A stretch of 64,000 nt of DNA from NCBI RefSeq assembly GCF_009914755.1, contig NC_060947.1; one strand, written 5' to 3'. Of this stretch, positions 39,780 to 57,595 are shown in pieces (the stretch's first letter is position 1; each line of letters starts with the position of its first letter). Source of the DNA: the human T2T-CHM13v2.0 reference genome, Homo sapiens. The notes beneath the pieces were generated by a model. That model saw only the letters and a program-made list of their open reading frames with translations, made no database searches and was not told the origin of the DNA. The translations under genes were made by a program, and so were the position numbers.

Positions 39780-40200
39780 ATGTTAGTCAGGGATCTCCAG
39801 AGAAACAGAACCAGTATGAGAGAGAGAGATTTATTTTAAGAAATTGGCTCACACGATTGTAGAGGTCTGGTAAGTCCAAAATTTGTAGGGTAGGCCAGTA
39901 GCCAGAAGATCCAAGGATGGTTGAAGTTTTGAGTCCATAGGAAGGCTGCTGGCATAATTCTTTGTTGATCAGGGGAGATCAATATTTGTTCTATTATGGT
40001 CTTTGACTGATTAGATGAGGCCCATTCACATTCTGGAAGGTAATCCCTTTTTACTCAAAGCCAGTGCTTTAAATGTTAATCTCATCTTAAAAACAAAAAA
40101 CAAACCAAAAAATACTTTTGCAGAAACTTCAAGAATAATGTTTGACCAAATATCTGGTAATCATGGCCCAGTCAAGTTGACACATAAAATTAACCATCAC
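39780..40200 (-). mobile_element. MLT2-type ERVL LTR
   Basis: tgttagtcagggatctccagagaaacagaacc ... cataaaattaaccatcac. Confidence 0.8.
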
Positions 40201-40574
40201 CTGAAACATAGAATAACTGAAATAAAAATCGAATGGATGAACTCAACAGAAGGAAAGGAAAGAAAAATATATAGTGAACCTGAATGTGACAATAGAAATT
40301 ACCCAATTAGACCAGCAGAGGCAAAGTAGACTAAAAAACTAATAGAATAAAGCCTCAACAACCTGTGGGACTATGACAGACTATCTAATTCCATGTCATT
40401 GTTGTCTTGGATAGAAAGGAGGAAAACAAAAAGAAAAAATCTTGAGAGAGGGGAGAAACAAATAATGCATTGAGAAAAACAATAGGAAGGACAGCAAATT
40501 TCCCATCAGAAATCATGTAGACCAAAAGGAAGTGGCACATTTTTAACTGCTAAAAGAACTGTCAATCTCTGGTG

Positions 40575-41335
40575 AGTGGAAGTCATTAACTGTGAAGAAT
40601 GGTTTGTCTGGATGGTCAAGGACTTGGAAGGAAAATCATTGGAAAATTGGTAACATGAAAGTCTGGAGAAGAGATATGTGGATAAATCTCTATAAATCAG
40701 GGAAAATATGAAAATATTTTTTGTCCAATGTGAATGTTAATGAAAGGGTGCCTCAGCAGAGGAAGACTTTAATAATCAAGTGGACAGCATGACCCATTTT
40801 GTGGATACCAGTCAGCCTCTTTGCCTAGCCACTCCTGTCATTACCCAATAGGCTTATGAACAAAGTGCCCATGGTAGCAGGGATGGACTTTATGCTTGGC
40901 TTAGAAACATGGACTTCCACTCAGCAAGGTCAACTTGGCTACAACCACTGCTGAATATCTGCCAGCATACAAGATCAATCCTGAGTCCCCAGTATGATAC
41001 TATTTCCCAGGGTGAACAGTCAGCTACCTGGTGGCAGATATATTACATTGGATCACTTTCTTCATGAAGGAGCAGCATTTTGTTCTTATTGTAGTATGTC
41101 CTTACTGGAATATTCTGGATATGGATTTTCCCTCCCTGCATGCAGTGCTTTTGCCAAAATTACTATCCATGGACTTACAGAATGCTTTATCCACTGTCAT
41201 GGTATTACATACAGCTTTGCTTCTGACCAAGGAGCTTGCTTCATAGCAAATGAAAAGACAACGGGCCTATGCTCATGAAATTCGCTTGTCTTACCATGTT
41301 ACCCACCATCATGCAGTGGCTGTATTGATAGAACA
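40575..41335 (+). mobile_element. ERVL internal fragment (degenerate RNase H/integrase)
   Basis: Peptides NGLSGWSRTWKENHWKIG and LTECFIHCHGITYSFASDQG. Confidence 0.8.
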
Positions 41336-42389
41336 ACCCCTATATAGGGGATGTGATACTATCTGGTAAAATTGCATAGGTATTTACTCTTGGAAGGAGA
41401 TCTCTCTTTTCCAGGAATCTATTCCAAAGAAAAAATAAAAAAATGAAAAAGGGCATAAACACAAGGCTATTCCTGGCAGAAAATTTTTAACAGCAGAAAA
41501 CTAAGAGCAAGACTAATGTTCATTAATAGGAGGATGATTGAATAATCTAATGTATGTCTATATTAGGGAGTGCTGTACTATGCAGGTATAAAAAGCAATA
41601 AACTTTCACTCTCTATAATGCTATGAATTAATCTCTAGGATATCTTGTTAACTGAAAAAAAGCAAGGTGCAAAAACGTGTGTAGAGCTGCTGCTTTCTAA
41701 TACAGTAGTCATTAGCCACGCATGGCTATTTAAATTTAAGTTTGATAAATTTAAATACAATTAAAAACTCAGTTACTCTAAGGATGAAGAGCAGCAAGGA
41801 TGGAACCCGATGATGTATAATCTTTTAAAATATAATACCTATTTACAGGATCCATGTACTGTAAAGGTAAGAAATAATGATCAAGTCAGCAGCAATGAGA
41901 AACCCTGTTACGCAGATTGATTCCTCTAAAATCATTTCCTGCTAAAAAGAACTGAGCTTCCTTAGAGAGACATATGATTCCAGGTCCAGCGTAGGCTTTG
42001 TTACAGATAATTCTGGAACAAACTATCATACCAGAAAGCATGTCAAAAAATACTTAGAAGCCAACCTGAAGGGGCTCCTACTGGCCAAACAGAGAACAAT
42101 TTGGCCAAGAAAAAAATGACTGCAATGGATTATAGCACATCAAATACATAAATGTCTATGAACTTCTGATGACAATCTGAAAGAAAAATACAGAAAACAA
42201 GCTAACTGCTCACCTATGCAGGTTTCTAGGAAAATAACTCATTATCTTGAAAAGTGGAAATATACTGCAAAAGAATTAAAGCATTCATCCTTCCCTTCCG
42301 GTGCATGCCATTCCCAGCATAACCTAATAGTTGTCATTAATAAAAGAAAGTTTATTTTAAAAAGTAATTACAGTTTCTTCTTTTTAAAA

Positions 42390-42846
<457 letters not shown>

Positions 42847-43414
42847 TAATGAATAAAGAAAAAAACGTAGAATTACTACATCACCTTTGTGCAAACTTTA
42901 ATAAAATGCAGTTCTGGCAACAATCTTCAAAGAATGCAAAAACACATGAGGTGAAAAGCACATGGGAAATTTTATAATGGATGATTCAGGCTGACAGCAC
43001 CCGAACCCAGTGATCAATTATAACATCACAGGAAGAGAGACAAGCAGACAAGACGAGTCTCCTGGTGTAACTCTGTAGGAAGTACAGGTCCACTGCCAGT
43101 GGGCTAGATTATCTGCAAGAACTCTAGGATATCTCCTTGAATCTCTGTGTACTGATAATACTACTGCTCTGTCACTTTTAAAGCAAATAAAGCCCCTGAA
43201 AACAGGGACATGCTTTGTTCCAACCACCTGGACAAAGTTCTGCCTGTTGTCTGTGTCCTAGCCTAGTTCTTTTAACTAGTAAGCCTTCTTACATGGCAGT
43301 CTGAAGAATGAAGGTGTTTTGCTTTTAGAGAAAGGCACAGAAGCAGTGGGCTGAGCTGAGGCACTGTGCAGGACCAGCCTGCCCATGGTGGTTGCCATAG
43401 AAACTTGACCTCAT

Positions 43415-43738
43415 GGCTGGGCATGGTGACTCATGCCTGTAATTACAGCACTTTGGGAGGCTAAAGCAGGAAGATTGCCAAGGCTCTGGTGAGTCATGAT
43501 TGTACCACTGCACTTCCAGCCTGGGTGACAAAGCCAGACCCTGTGAGAGAGAGAAGAAAGAAAGAAGAAAGAGAAAGAGAGAAAGAAAAAAAGAAAGAAG
43601 GAAAGAGAGAGAAAGAAAGAAAGAGAAAGAAAGATAGAGGAAGAAAGAAAGAAGAAAAAGAGAGAAAGAAAGAAAGAAGGAAAGAGAGAGAAAGAAAGAA
43701 AGAGGAAGAAAGAAAGAGAAAAAAGAGAGAGAGAAGGA

Positions 43739-43794
<56 letters not shown>

Positions 43795-44266
43795 AAAAGA
43801 AAAAGTGAGAAAGTGAGAAAGTGATATGGTTTGGGTCTGTGTCCCCAGCCAAATCTCATGTGCAATTGCAATCCCCATTGTTGGAAGAGGGGCCTGGTGG
43901 GAGGTGATTTGATCATGGAGGTGGATCCTTCATGAATGATTGGCACCATTTTCTCCCTTGGTACTGTATAGCGGGTGAGTTCTCATAAGATCTGGTTGTT
44001 TAAAAGTACAACCTCCTCCCCTGCAGTAGTACCTCCTCCCCTCAAGTCTCTCTTCTTCTTTCTCTTGCCAGGTAAGACATGCCTGCTTCTCCTTCTGCCA
44101 TGATTGTAAGTTCCCTGAGGCCTCCCAAGAAGCAGCTGTGCTTCCTGTACAGCCTGCAGAACTGTGAGCCAATTAAACCTGTTTTCTTTATATATTAATG
44201 TTACCTAGTTTTTCTTTGTAGCAGTGCAAGAATGGACAGGAAAGAAAGAAAGAAAGAGAGAGAGAG

Positions 44267-44356
<90 letters not shown>

Positions 44357-44479
44357 GGAAAGAGAGAGAGAAAGGAAGGAAGGAAGCAAGGAAGGAAGGA
44401 AAAGAAAGAAAGAAAAAAGAAAGAGAGGGAGAGAAGGAAGGAAGGAAGGATGGAAGGAAGGAAGGAAGGAGAGAAAGAA
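43415..44479 (+). mobile_element. Deleted old Alu with expanded purine tail and nested MSTA-type LTR (43822-44237)
   Basis: Alu at 43415-43545; GA-rich tracts at 43546-43821 and 44238-44479; tgatatggtttgggtctgtgtcccc start. Confidence 0.85.
43546..44479. repeat. (GAAA)n/(GA)n/(GGAA)n polypurine tracts flanking the MST LTR
   Basis: Two tracts of about 240-275 bp that are almost entirely purine. Confidence 0.95.
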
Positions 44480-44649
44480 AGAAACTTGAGATCATTGTGG
44501 TGACTGTGAAGACTTTTTAATAAAGATCATTGTTGTCTAGATAGAAGAGCAGGAGCCCAACTTCAGGAGTTTGGGACTCAGATGAGGGTGTGGGTGCCCC
44601 ACGGTGGGAGATGAACCTCCCTGGGGTGTGGTGAGATGAAGTGATCCCA

Positions 44650-44827
44650 GATGCAAGTCACCTCCTTTCCACTTTGGGACAAGTTGCCCTGGCTGTCTGG
44701 TGAGGTGTGGCAGGGAGATATAGGACTCTCCTGTCCCCAGTGAGTGTGGTGTCCTACACCAGTGTCCTGGAGCTACTTTCCATATACAGACAGGATGTGG
44801 GAGGATGAGACAGGTAATGACTCTCCC
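44650..44827 (-). pseudogene. Candidate decayed beta-defensin-like gene (relic 19)
   Basis: RVITCLILPHPVCIWKVAPG-HWCRTPHSLGTGE[S]YIS/CHTSPDSQGN/CPKVERR[*]/C. Confidence 0.45.
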
Positions 44828-44959
44828 TGAGCCTAGCGTCCCCCTCTAAAATTGGGATAAAAATGCTCACCCATAGGATTGCTGGAATAGTGATAACACA
44901 GGTGAAAACTCAGAACTCTGTGGTTGTTGTACTCATAGGTTGTGGTTTTGTACTCATAG

Positions 44960-46905
<1,946 letters not shown>

Positions 46906-47157
46906 AGTTGAACAACATGAGTTTGAACTGCACAGGTCTACTTATACGTGAATTTTTTTCTATCACCTCTTCCACCCCAGAGTCAGCAAAACCAACCCCT
47001 CCTCTTGCTCCTCCTCTTCAGCCTACTCAACCTCCCAGAAAATACCTTGAGACAAATGAAAATGAAAGCACAATATACCAAACCTTACGGGATGCAGCAA
47101 AAGATGTACTAAACAAGAAGTTTATAGCAGTAAGCATTTACATTAAAATGCTTTTAC

Positions 47158-47246
47158 ACTGTCAAATTTAGCAGTGAGGGGTGGATACCAACTTTAATGA
47201 CATTAATGTTAATAAGTTCTGATAACCCACTACCATTGGACAAGCC
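47158..47246 (-). pseudogene. Y4 RNA (RNY4) pseudogene
   Basis: Reverse complement ggcttgtccaatggtagtgggttatcagaacttattaacattaatgtcattaaagttgg..ctgctaaatttgac matches hY4. Confidence 0.9.
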
Positions 47247-48469
47247 AAGATTCTTTATTGTGGTTTCTGTCAGGAGAAATGGGCAAGGTAGGGTAGCCAG
47301 TCTTAGTGTTGGCTGGTTTGAACATTTTCAGCGGGCTTTGGGACACAGGGGTTGTCCCAAGTTGTCTGGTACCTGGCCCTTGGTTGATTAAGCAGGGAAG
47401 TAGTGGTGTTGATTGTGAGTGTGAGAAGACATGGAAGGGATGTGGACTCTGGATTTGTTGGTTTCCATATGAAAGGCATAATCCAGTGCTTTGCTACATA
47501 TAGGAATTGGTTAGCCCTGGGAGTGACAGTCTCTTCAGTGTCAACAAGGTCCCAGACATTAAAGCATAAGAATAAAAAGTTACCTTTAATGCACAGCCTT
47601 GTCTATATAACCAGTCCTTCTGGCCACCAAAGAATATTGTAGAATATTGTTATCCCATTTGGGAAGACAATCCGTGGTCTTATGTGGGAGGGAAAGACCA
47701 GTACACTTTCAAGTAATTACATTAACAGAGACACTCCATATATTCCAGAATTCTGCATGATAGACATTAAATTAATAGTATACAAATGTCAGTTGTTTAG
47801 GTCAGAATGTTTCCAAGTGTGATTCATGCACCACTTCATCAAAATCATCAGAAAGTACTTGTAAAAACTGCAGATTCTAGGCCTATCCTGGATGTGATAA
47901 ACCAAAACAAGGAAGGTGAGGTAGGAGGTGTCTACATTTTGAGTGATTTTGTCAACTGGTTTTCATTCTCATCCAAGTTTGAAAAGCACTGCTATAGATT
48001 TGCAACAAATACTTCTCAAAATTTTAAATCTTCTGATATTTAATTTTGTTGTCATTTTTTTCTGCCAGTCACACTCAGCTTTAAATAGTTCTCTATTGCA
48101 GTGTGTAAAATAGGTAACAATTCCTTCACTTAATACTTATCCAGTGATTTATATGTGAGCCACTAAACTAGGAACTGAGGATATGGCACAGGGAACAAAA
48201 CAGGTACAAAACAAAACAGGTAACAAAATATGGAGCTTTCATTTTAATCTGGGAAAACTGGCAATAAGCAGGTAAACAAATCAATAAGCAGGGTGATTTC
48301 ATATGGAGATGAATGCTTTGAAGAAAATACACATGCAAATATAGTATAAAATGACCAGGACAGAGATTATCACAGGTGGGGATGTCAGTGAAGCTCTTTC
48401 TCAGGAAATGGGCATTTGAAATAAGTCCTGAATGACAAGAAGCCAAGCATGGGCAAGCCCCCTTAACTG

Positions 48470-48980
48470 GGACAGGAAGTATTAAATGAAGCAGAAACTC
48501 CACATCATCACAGATGGGCTTTTTGCATAAGTAAATGGGAAGGACTCCCTTCCTAGGGATAAGGCAGACACACACTCAGAACTAACAAAGAAATAATGAT
48601 AAAAGTAAAATCTCTACATCCCACCCGTGAGAAGAACAAAGATGAAACCATACAAGGGTTGCCTCATCCTTCATGCTGTTAGAGAGATCCTGTCAGGAGA
48701 AGGCATTAGCCTGTTGGCACTACGCAAGAGAATAAATATTTGCTTTACAAGTTGCCTCAGTTTTCCAAGGCAGTAACTTATCTCCACTCAATCACATCAT
48801 TTCCTGTTTCTATGCTGACTTTCTAAGACTCAGGGGGAAACTTCAACTAAACTTGCTTGGAATGGTGTGTTTGATGCCATACCTCACCCCACCATGGGGT
48901 GGGCACTAACATTCATCTTGCTCCCTGTGGTGCAGGTCTAGATATCAAGAGAGGGAGGTCTGGGATGCAGATATAGAATT
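48470..48980 (-). pseudogene. Two weak defensin-like relics (20: 48800-48980, paralog of relic 7; 20b: 48470-48620)
   Basis: ILYL../LPLLISRPAP..CPPHGGV; and ILLLSLFLC..CLIPRKGV[L]PIYLCKKPI/..SFC. Confidence 0.28.
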
Positions 48981-49347
48981 GGACTGATAGCATCTGCCAC
49001 ATAGTAGACATCCAATACATATTAAAAAGTTAGTGAGATGTAGATACAGGAGTAAGCAGAAAAAGAAACTAAGTATGTATCTCCTAAATATTTTTATATA
49101 CATGCATTTTTCAAGGAGAGTTGGAATCACTGTGTACTTATTGTTTCATAATGTACTTTGAAGAAAATATTTTGTTTCTGTTTATTACAAATATGTCTTT
49201 TCACTGGGGGGAAAAACCTTAGAAAATGGATAACAATGCCACCTTGTGCTCAGAGTCAGAATTGCAGGAGTGAAAGTCAACCAGAGGACTTGGCAAGGGG
49301 TTGAGGATTTGGGGAGTGAGGGAGGTGAATGAATTCCATTGTACAGA

Positions 49348-49545
49348 ACAAAGCTTTCTGGAATATTCCTCACACTGGCAGCAATTCTTCTATATCTGTG
49401 CCCATCCTGGGATCTTCAAACTCTAGGCCTGAAAGTTCGGTCCCTATTGAACCAAACAGAAAGCTTCACGAGTTGGTGTGTGAATAATTGTGCAATACAG
49501 ACACTCACACACAGAAATACTGCCAAATTGTTGTGATCTGCTTCT
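49348..49545 (+). pseudogene. Decayed beta-defensin-like gene with a clear signal peptide (relic 21)
   Basis: One ORF [M]KLSGIFLTLAAILLYLCPSW..TES[F]TSWCVNNCAIQTLTHR, then after a -1 shift YCQIVVIC[F]; four motif Cys are intact. Confidence 0.55.
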
Positions 49546-50524
49546 TTACTCATAAAACATATATCGAGAATATATTTACAAAGCAGTAAATATATGAGCA
49601 TCGTATTTGTAATCATTCCAAAGTTTTTATATTTCTAACCTTTTATTCAATAAAACTTCTATATTTTAAATCTTACAGAAATGCAAATTTAAATGAAAGT
49701 ATCCTTTATCTCAAACCAACATACACACATTGAATTATTGTCAAAGAAATTTTTTTAATGTGCTATTCTGTGGAGCAATATTTGCATACTTTTTAGTCAA
49801 TAAATGTATCTCTACCCTGTCACTTTGTGGCTTGGTTTGCAGATTTTCCTGTTTTACAAAACTTTATCTCATAACCTTGTCAGATTACCAATTATGACTT
49901 TTCATTGTTTAATAAGTATGAAACGATATAGAAATGCATATTTAGAAATTATTCTGTTTTCCCCTTCTGCCCCACCTTCTGCCCATTATTGTAAAAATGT
50001 AGTCTCTGTTAATTTATATAGGCCTATTTTCCAGAATTTTTCTCTTGTAATCATACACATACCTATACACTCATGTTGATATATATTCTTTTGCAAAATG
50101 CAATCATATCTTATGTTTTATTTTTATAACTTATCTGTTTCACATAATTATGATTCATTTTCATTTATTTTAATTTGTTCGGTTTGGCATATTTCCAGGT
50201 GTTTATTGGAGATTTGTATTGCTTTATGTCTAAGAGTATATCACACATATAGCATACAAACCCTATATCTGAGTATAAGTTACAATTTTACTAACTTTTC
50301 ACATGCTCTTTTTTTTTTTTTTTTTTTTTTTTTAGATGGAGTCTCACTCTGTCACCCAAGCTGGAGTGCAGTGGCATACACACAGTCACATGCCTTTTGA
50401 TTTTTAATTTTTGCTATGTGGATGGCATTTTACACTTTATAATGTTTTTTGGAATTTAAAAAATACTTTGGCACATTGTTTTAAAAAGGACAACTTAATA
50501 ATATTGCTTTAAGATATGTCTTTA

Positions 50525-51215
50525 GGCCGGGTGTGTTGGCTCACGCCTGTAATCCCAACACTTTGGGAGGCCGAGGCGGGCGGATCAAGAGGTCAGGAGA
50601 TGAAGACCATATTGGCTAACACGGTGAAACCCCGTCTCTACAAAAAAATTAGCCAGGCATGGTGGCGGGTGCCTGTAATCCCAGCTACTCGGGAGGCTGA
50701 GGCAGGAGAATGGTGTGAACACAGGGGGCGGAGCTTGCAGTGAGCCGAGATTGCGCCACTGCACTCCATCCTGGGTGACACAGCGAGACTCCATCTCAAA
50801 AAAAAAAAAAGAAAAGAAAAAAAAAGATATGTCTTTAGAACATGTGGGAAAAGGAAATAAAAGAAAAAAATAAGAAATAAAAAATAGGCCAGGCATGGTG
50901 GCTCATGCTTGTAATCCCAGCACTTTGAGCGGTCAAGGTGGGAGGATCACTTGAAGCCAGGAGATGGGGAGTTTGATACCAACCCTGGCAACATAGTGAG
51001 AAACAAAACAAAACAAACAAACAAACAAAAATTAAAAACATGGCCAGGTGTGGTGGTAGCTGCTACTCATGAGGCTGAGGTGGGAGGATCACTTGAGCCC
51101 AGGAGTTTGAGGGTGCAGTGAGCTGTGATTGCACCACTGCACTCCAGCCTAGGTGACAGAGTGAGACCCTGTCTCAGAAAAGAAAAAAAAAACACAAATA
51201 AATAAATAAATAAAA
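50525..51215 (+). mobile_element. AluY and AluJ
   Basis: Sense dimers; TSD aagatatgtcttta for the AluY. Confidence 0.9.
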
Positions 51216-51665
51216 TAATAAGGTATATCAAATGTCAGCTCACAGGACAGAGGGTGGAAAAGCGTAATCTTTTTGTAATCTTAAGCTTTGAGTTCTGGAA
51301 CAATAATTTAAAAGGCTGTTTCCCTAGGTTGTGTTACTTAGCTTTTAGCTCCAGTTTCCTTATCTGAGTAATGGGGATAATAATTGGTCTTGAATGGAGT
51401 TGTTATGATCAAATGAGGTTTAATATAAAACACTTTCATACAATAGTTTTGTGTATGTTAATATCCTTCAGTCCGTAACACCATTCCAGCCATATTTAAC
51501 AGGGATGATATCTCTTAACCGCAATAGCATCATTACAGTTTGATGTGTATTTGGGAATGTAAGAAGGGAACCACACTCAGCTATATTATGTAGGAAATTC
51601 AGTGCTATCTCTGGTCTATGCACTCCAATGGAGTTGGGGTGGAGAAGGTCCTCACTCCTTTTCCA

Positions 51666-51877
51666 TTGAATAATTGTGTTTTTCCTGTACTCTGTTGGGG
51701 CCTTCTGTGTTTACATCAGGTGTGTACATGACCTGGGGCTCTGGGGCCTTATTGGAGCTTCAGAAAGAGGTTACTGATGGTGAGTGTGCAGGGAGGGACA
51801 CTGGAGGAAGAGTTAAGAATTGTTCCTGGGACCCAGTCCCTGAACCATCCAGGGTGAGTTTCTTCTCTTTGCCTTGA
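51666..51877 (+). pseudogene. Candidate defensin-like relic (22)
   Basis: [M]NNCVFPVLCWGLLCL/TSG..DGECAGRD/[W]..Q[S]LNHPG*V[S][S] (tct tct for CC); the paralog keeps tgc at the fourth Cys. Confidence 0.38.
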
Positions 51878-51901
51878 CTTGAACTGTCACACAGTTGTTC
51901 A

Positions 51902-52075
51902 ATGAGCATCCATCACTCTTCACACCTCCAGTGGCCCAGGGGATGGAGAGGTCGTGGTAATCATTGCATAAAGTCCAGGTCCTTGTGGAACTTATGGCGA
52001 CCTCTGTAAAACCACCTTATTATACAAGAACAGGGAGGCCTCAATGGAATAATCAGAGACTCCTCAAAGAGGGGC
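51902..52075 (+). pseudogene. Candidate defensin-like relic (23)
   Basis: MSIHH..GNHCIKSRSL[W]NLWRPL*NHLIIQ..RD[S][S]KR in one frame; the signal region is short and degraded. Confidence 0.38.
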
Positions 52076-52721
52076 TAGGCCTGGTACAATGGGCAGGACT
52101 TGTTGGGGGTAGTTGGAGAAGAGAAGAGAGGGGGGTCCAGCCTGACTGACTGGGCCAGGGGAACAGACAGGGCTCTGAGATAACTGACCAGACACTCTAG
52201 GTCTGAGGCCATCCAGGTTTGGGACCAACTGGTGAAGAACACATTTGCTTCAGTGGGATGCTGCAGGTTACCTTTACCTGAAATTGCACAAATATGGTGA
52301 GAAGGGAAGTGCCCTGTATGCCTCTCACTGGTCCATGAGGGCAGGGAAGAAACAGGAGCACTGACAATAGTAAAGTGATTGATGTCAGCACCCTAAACCT
52401 TCATTAAAGTGGGAAGTGAATATCAAGGGGAAGGATTTACCACTAATTGAGCACCCACACTTTCTGTAAATTGTCCACCCACTTTAATTTCTCTCTGACC
52501 CCAAGCCCCATGGACCCCTATCTGCCAGTGAGTCCTAGAGTCACATTCTTAACCAGAACATTCTCTCCACAAGGTCACACTCTCCATGTTTTCATTTGCT
52601 TTCTCTCTGCATCCTCCCTGAGATTTTTCACAAGGCTTTTCTCTCCCTCTGTTGCCTCAGCTCTTTTCATCAGCTCAGTGTGTTGTATCACAACTCAACA
52701 AGGTTCTGACAAGATTGGGCA

Positions 52722-52900
52722 CAAGTTAACACTCACCTTTACTATCTTTTAGATATTGCATTTTTGCAGTTATTTCTGCAGAGTTAAATGTATACTCCCA
52801 CTCTAACAAAGCTGCATGTATTGACCAAACAGCCTTTTATGGTTGGGCAACTGTGCTGTTGTAAGCATATGGGCTCCCTCTACTTTACTCAAATGTGCAC
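52722..52900 (+). pseudogene. Candidate decayed beta-defensin-like gene (relic 24)
   Basis: KLTLTFTIF*IL/FAVISAE-LNVYSHSNKAACIDQTAF[Y]/LGNCAV/KHMGS..KC. An alternative register gives LQ/YFCRVK..GQLCCCK (DEFB103-like). Confidence 0.45.
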
Positions 52901-53579
52901 TTTTCTCTTGTCCACACACTGCCTGACCTTTTCAACTGTGTTCTCTGTATGGGATTTCCCCTGGGATGTAACGATTTGTTACTGGATTTCAATCATGTTG
53001 TCTGCACATGTTCCCACATGCAAAATTGGCCCTATCACTCTCTATCCTTTTTGGATGCCTTCAGTGATTTACCAGGTGGGCCCACAATACTCCTTTCATT
53101 TCTCTCTAAATTCATGTCTCTGTCAACTTTCTCAAGGTAAAGAGTAATGAAGATGCAGGAGATGATTCCTGGGCTGTCTTGAGTCCTTTGACTTGAGGGA
53201 AGAAGCATTTAATATCCAGGAAGTGGATCTGACAAAATTTGATTGGTGGCGTTAGCACAATTTGGAACATCTGGAAAGTGTTACTTTCCAATAGAGATAT
53301 TTTTTAAGGGAAGAGGAAAGATCTTTGAGGCCAAAGTAACCAAGTGTCCAAGGGAGTGATGTTCAGATCCTGTTTATTTAGAGCATGGGAAAACTGTGTG
53401 CCCCATCCCAGTATACTTCTCATTCATTCATTGTTTCATATATTCTTGAGTAATAGGTATGCTGAACAGTGGCAAGTTTGTGTATGCCCAGCTGTTTCCA
53501 ATGCCAAGGCCAATAAAGTCTCCTTGTCATCAGCCACTTACAGTAGTATAGTCTTCAATATTTCTTCTACATATATTGA

Positions 53580-56100
<2,521 letters not shown>

Positions 56101-56419
56101 GTCCTTTTCTTTATTCTTAATACAAGTAAAAAAAAGTATATATTTTTGCATTCCCCCCTTCTTACATTAAAAAGTACCATGCTACTCACATCTTTATGAA
56201 TGTTGCTTTTTTTTTAAATTACTCTATATCCAAAGCACTATATGGAGATTTTCATCAGTTTTCTTTACATCTAACTTAGTGTCCACCTTTGTGTGGTTAT
56301 ATGATAGTATTTCATGCACCCTACAATGATGAGTATTTACGTTGTTTCCATTCTTTTGTTCTTCAAATAGTGCCACAGGGCATTTTGCTAGATATTAGCA
56401 AATTCCCATCCATAGTGGT

Positions 56420-57595
<1,176 letters not shown>

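Larger units (their letters stand above)
43231..44545 (+). pseudogene. Decayed beta-defensin-like gene split by a 1.07-kb Alu/microsatellite/MST insertion (relic 18)
   Basis: KVLPVVCVLA*FF*LVSLLT.., then AQKQ[W]AELRHCAGPACPWWLP*KL | insertion | EII/GDCED/FNKDHCCLDRR. TSD agaaacttgacctcat (43399) / agaaacttgagatcat (44480). Confidence 0.62.

Noticed and set aside
43391-43404. RFX X-box-like gttgccatagaaac (and attgcatagcaac near 11997)
   Set aside because: Both fall inside candidate coding relics and have no promoter context; probably coincidental.
43325-44520. Long F/L/S-rich and K/E/R-rich ORFs (also 45823-46063 and 56489-57055)
   Set aside because: Translations of GA/CT microsatellites and Alus.
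49348-52900. Three-exon SPAG11/DEFB105/hepcidin-like model (signal at 49348, 60-nt exon at 51720, mature exon at 52753)
   Set aside because: The first donor is absent in both paralogs, and each supposed exon has its own leader and Cys remnants.
53150-53275. Minus-strand NCANATN/FCQIH..[S]C reading; also 19850-19920 on the plus strand
   Set aside because: Too many repairs needed and no convincing leader.
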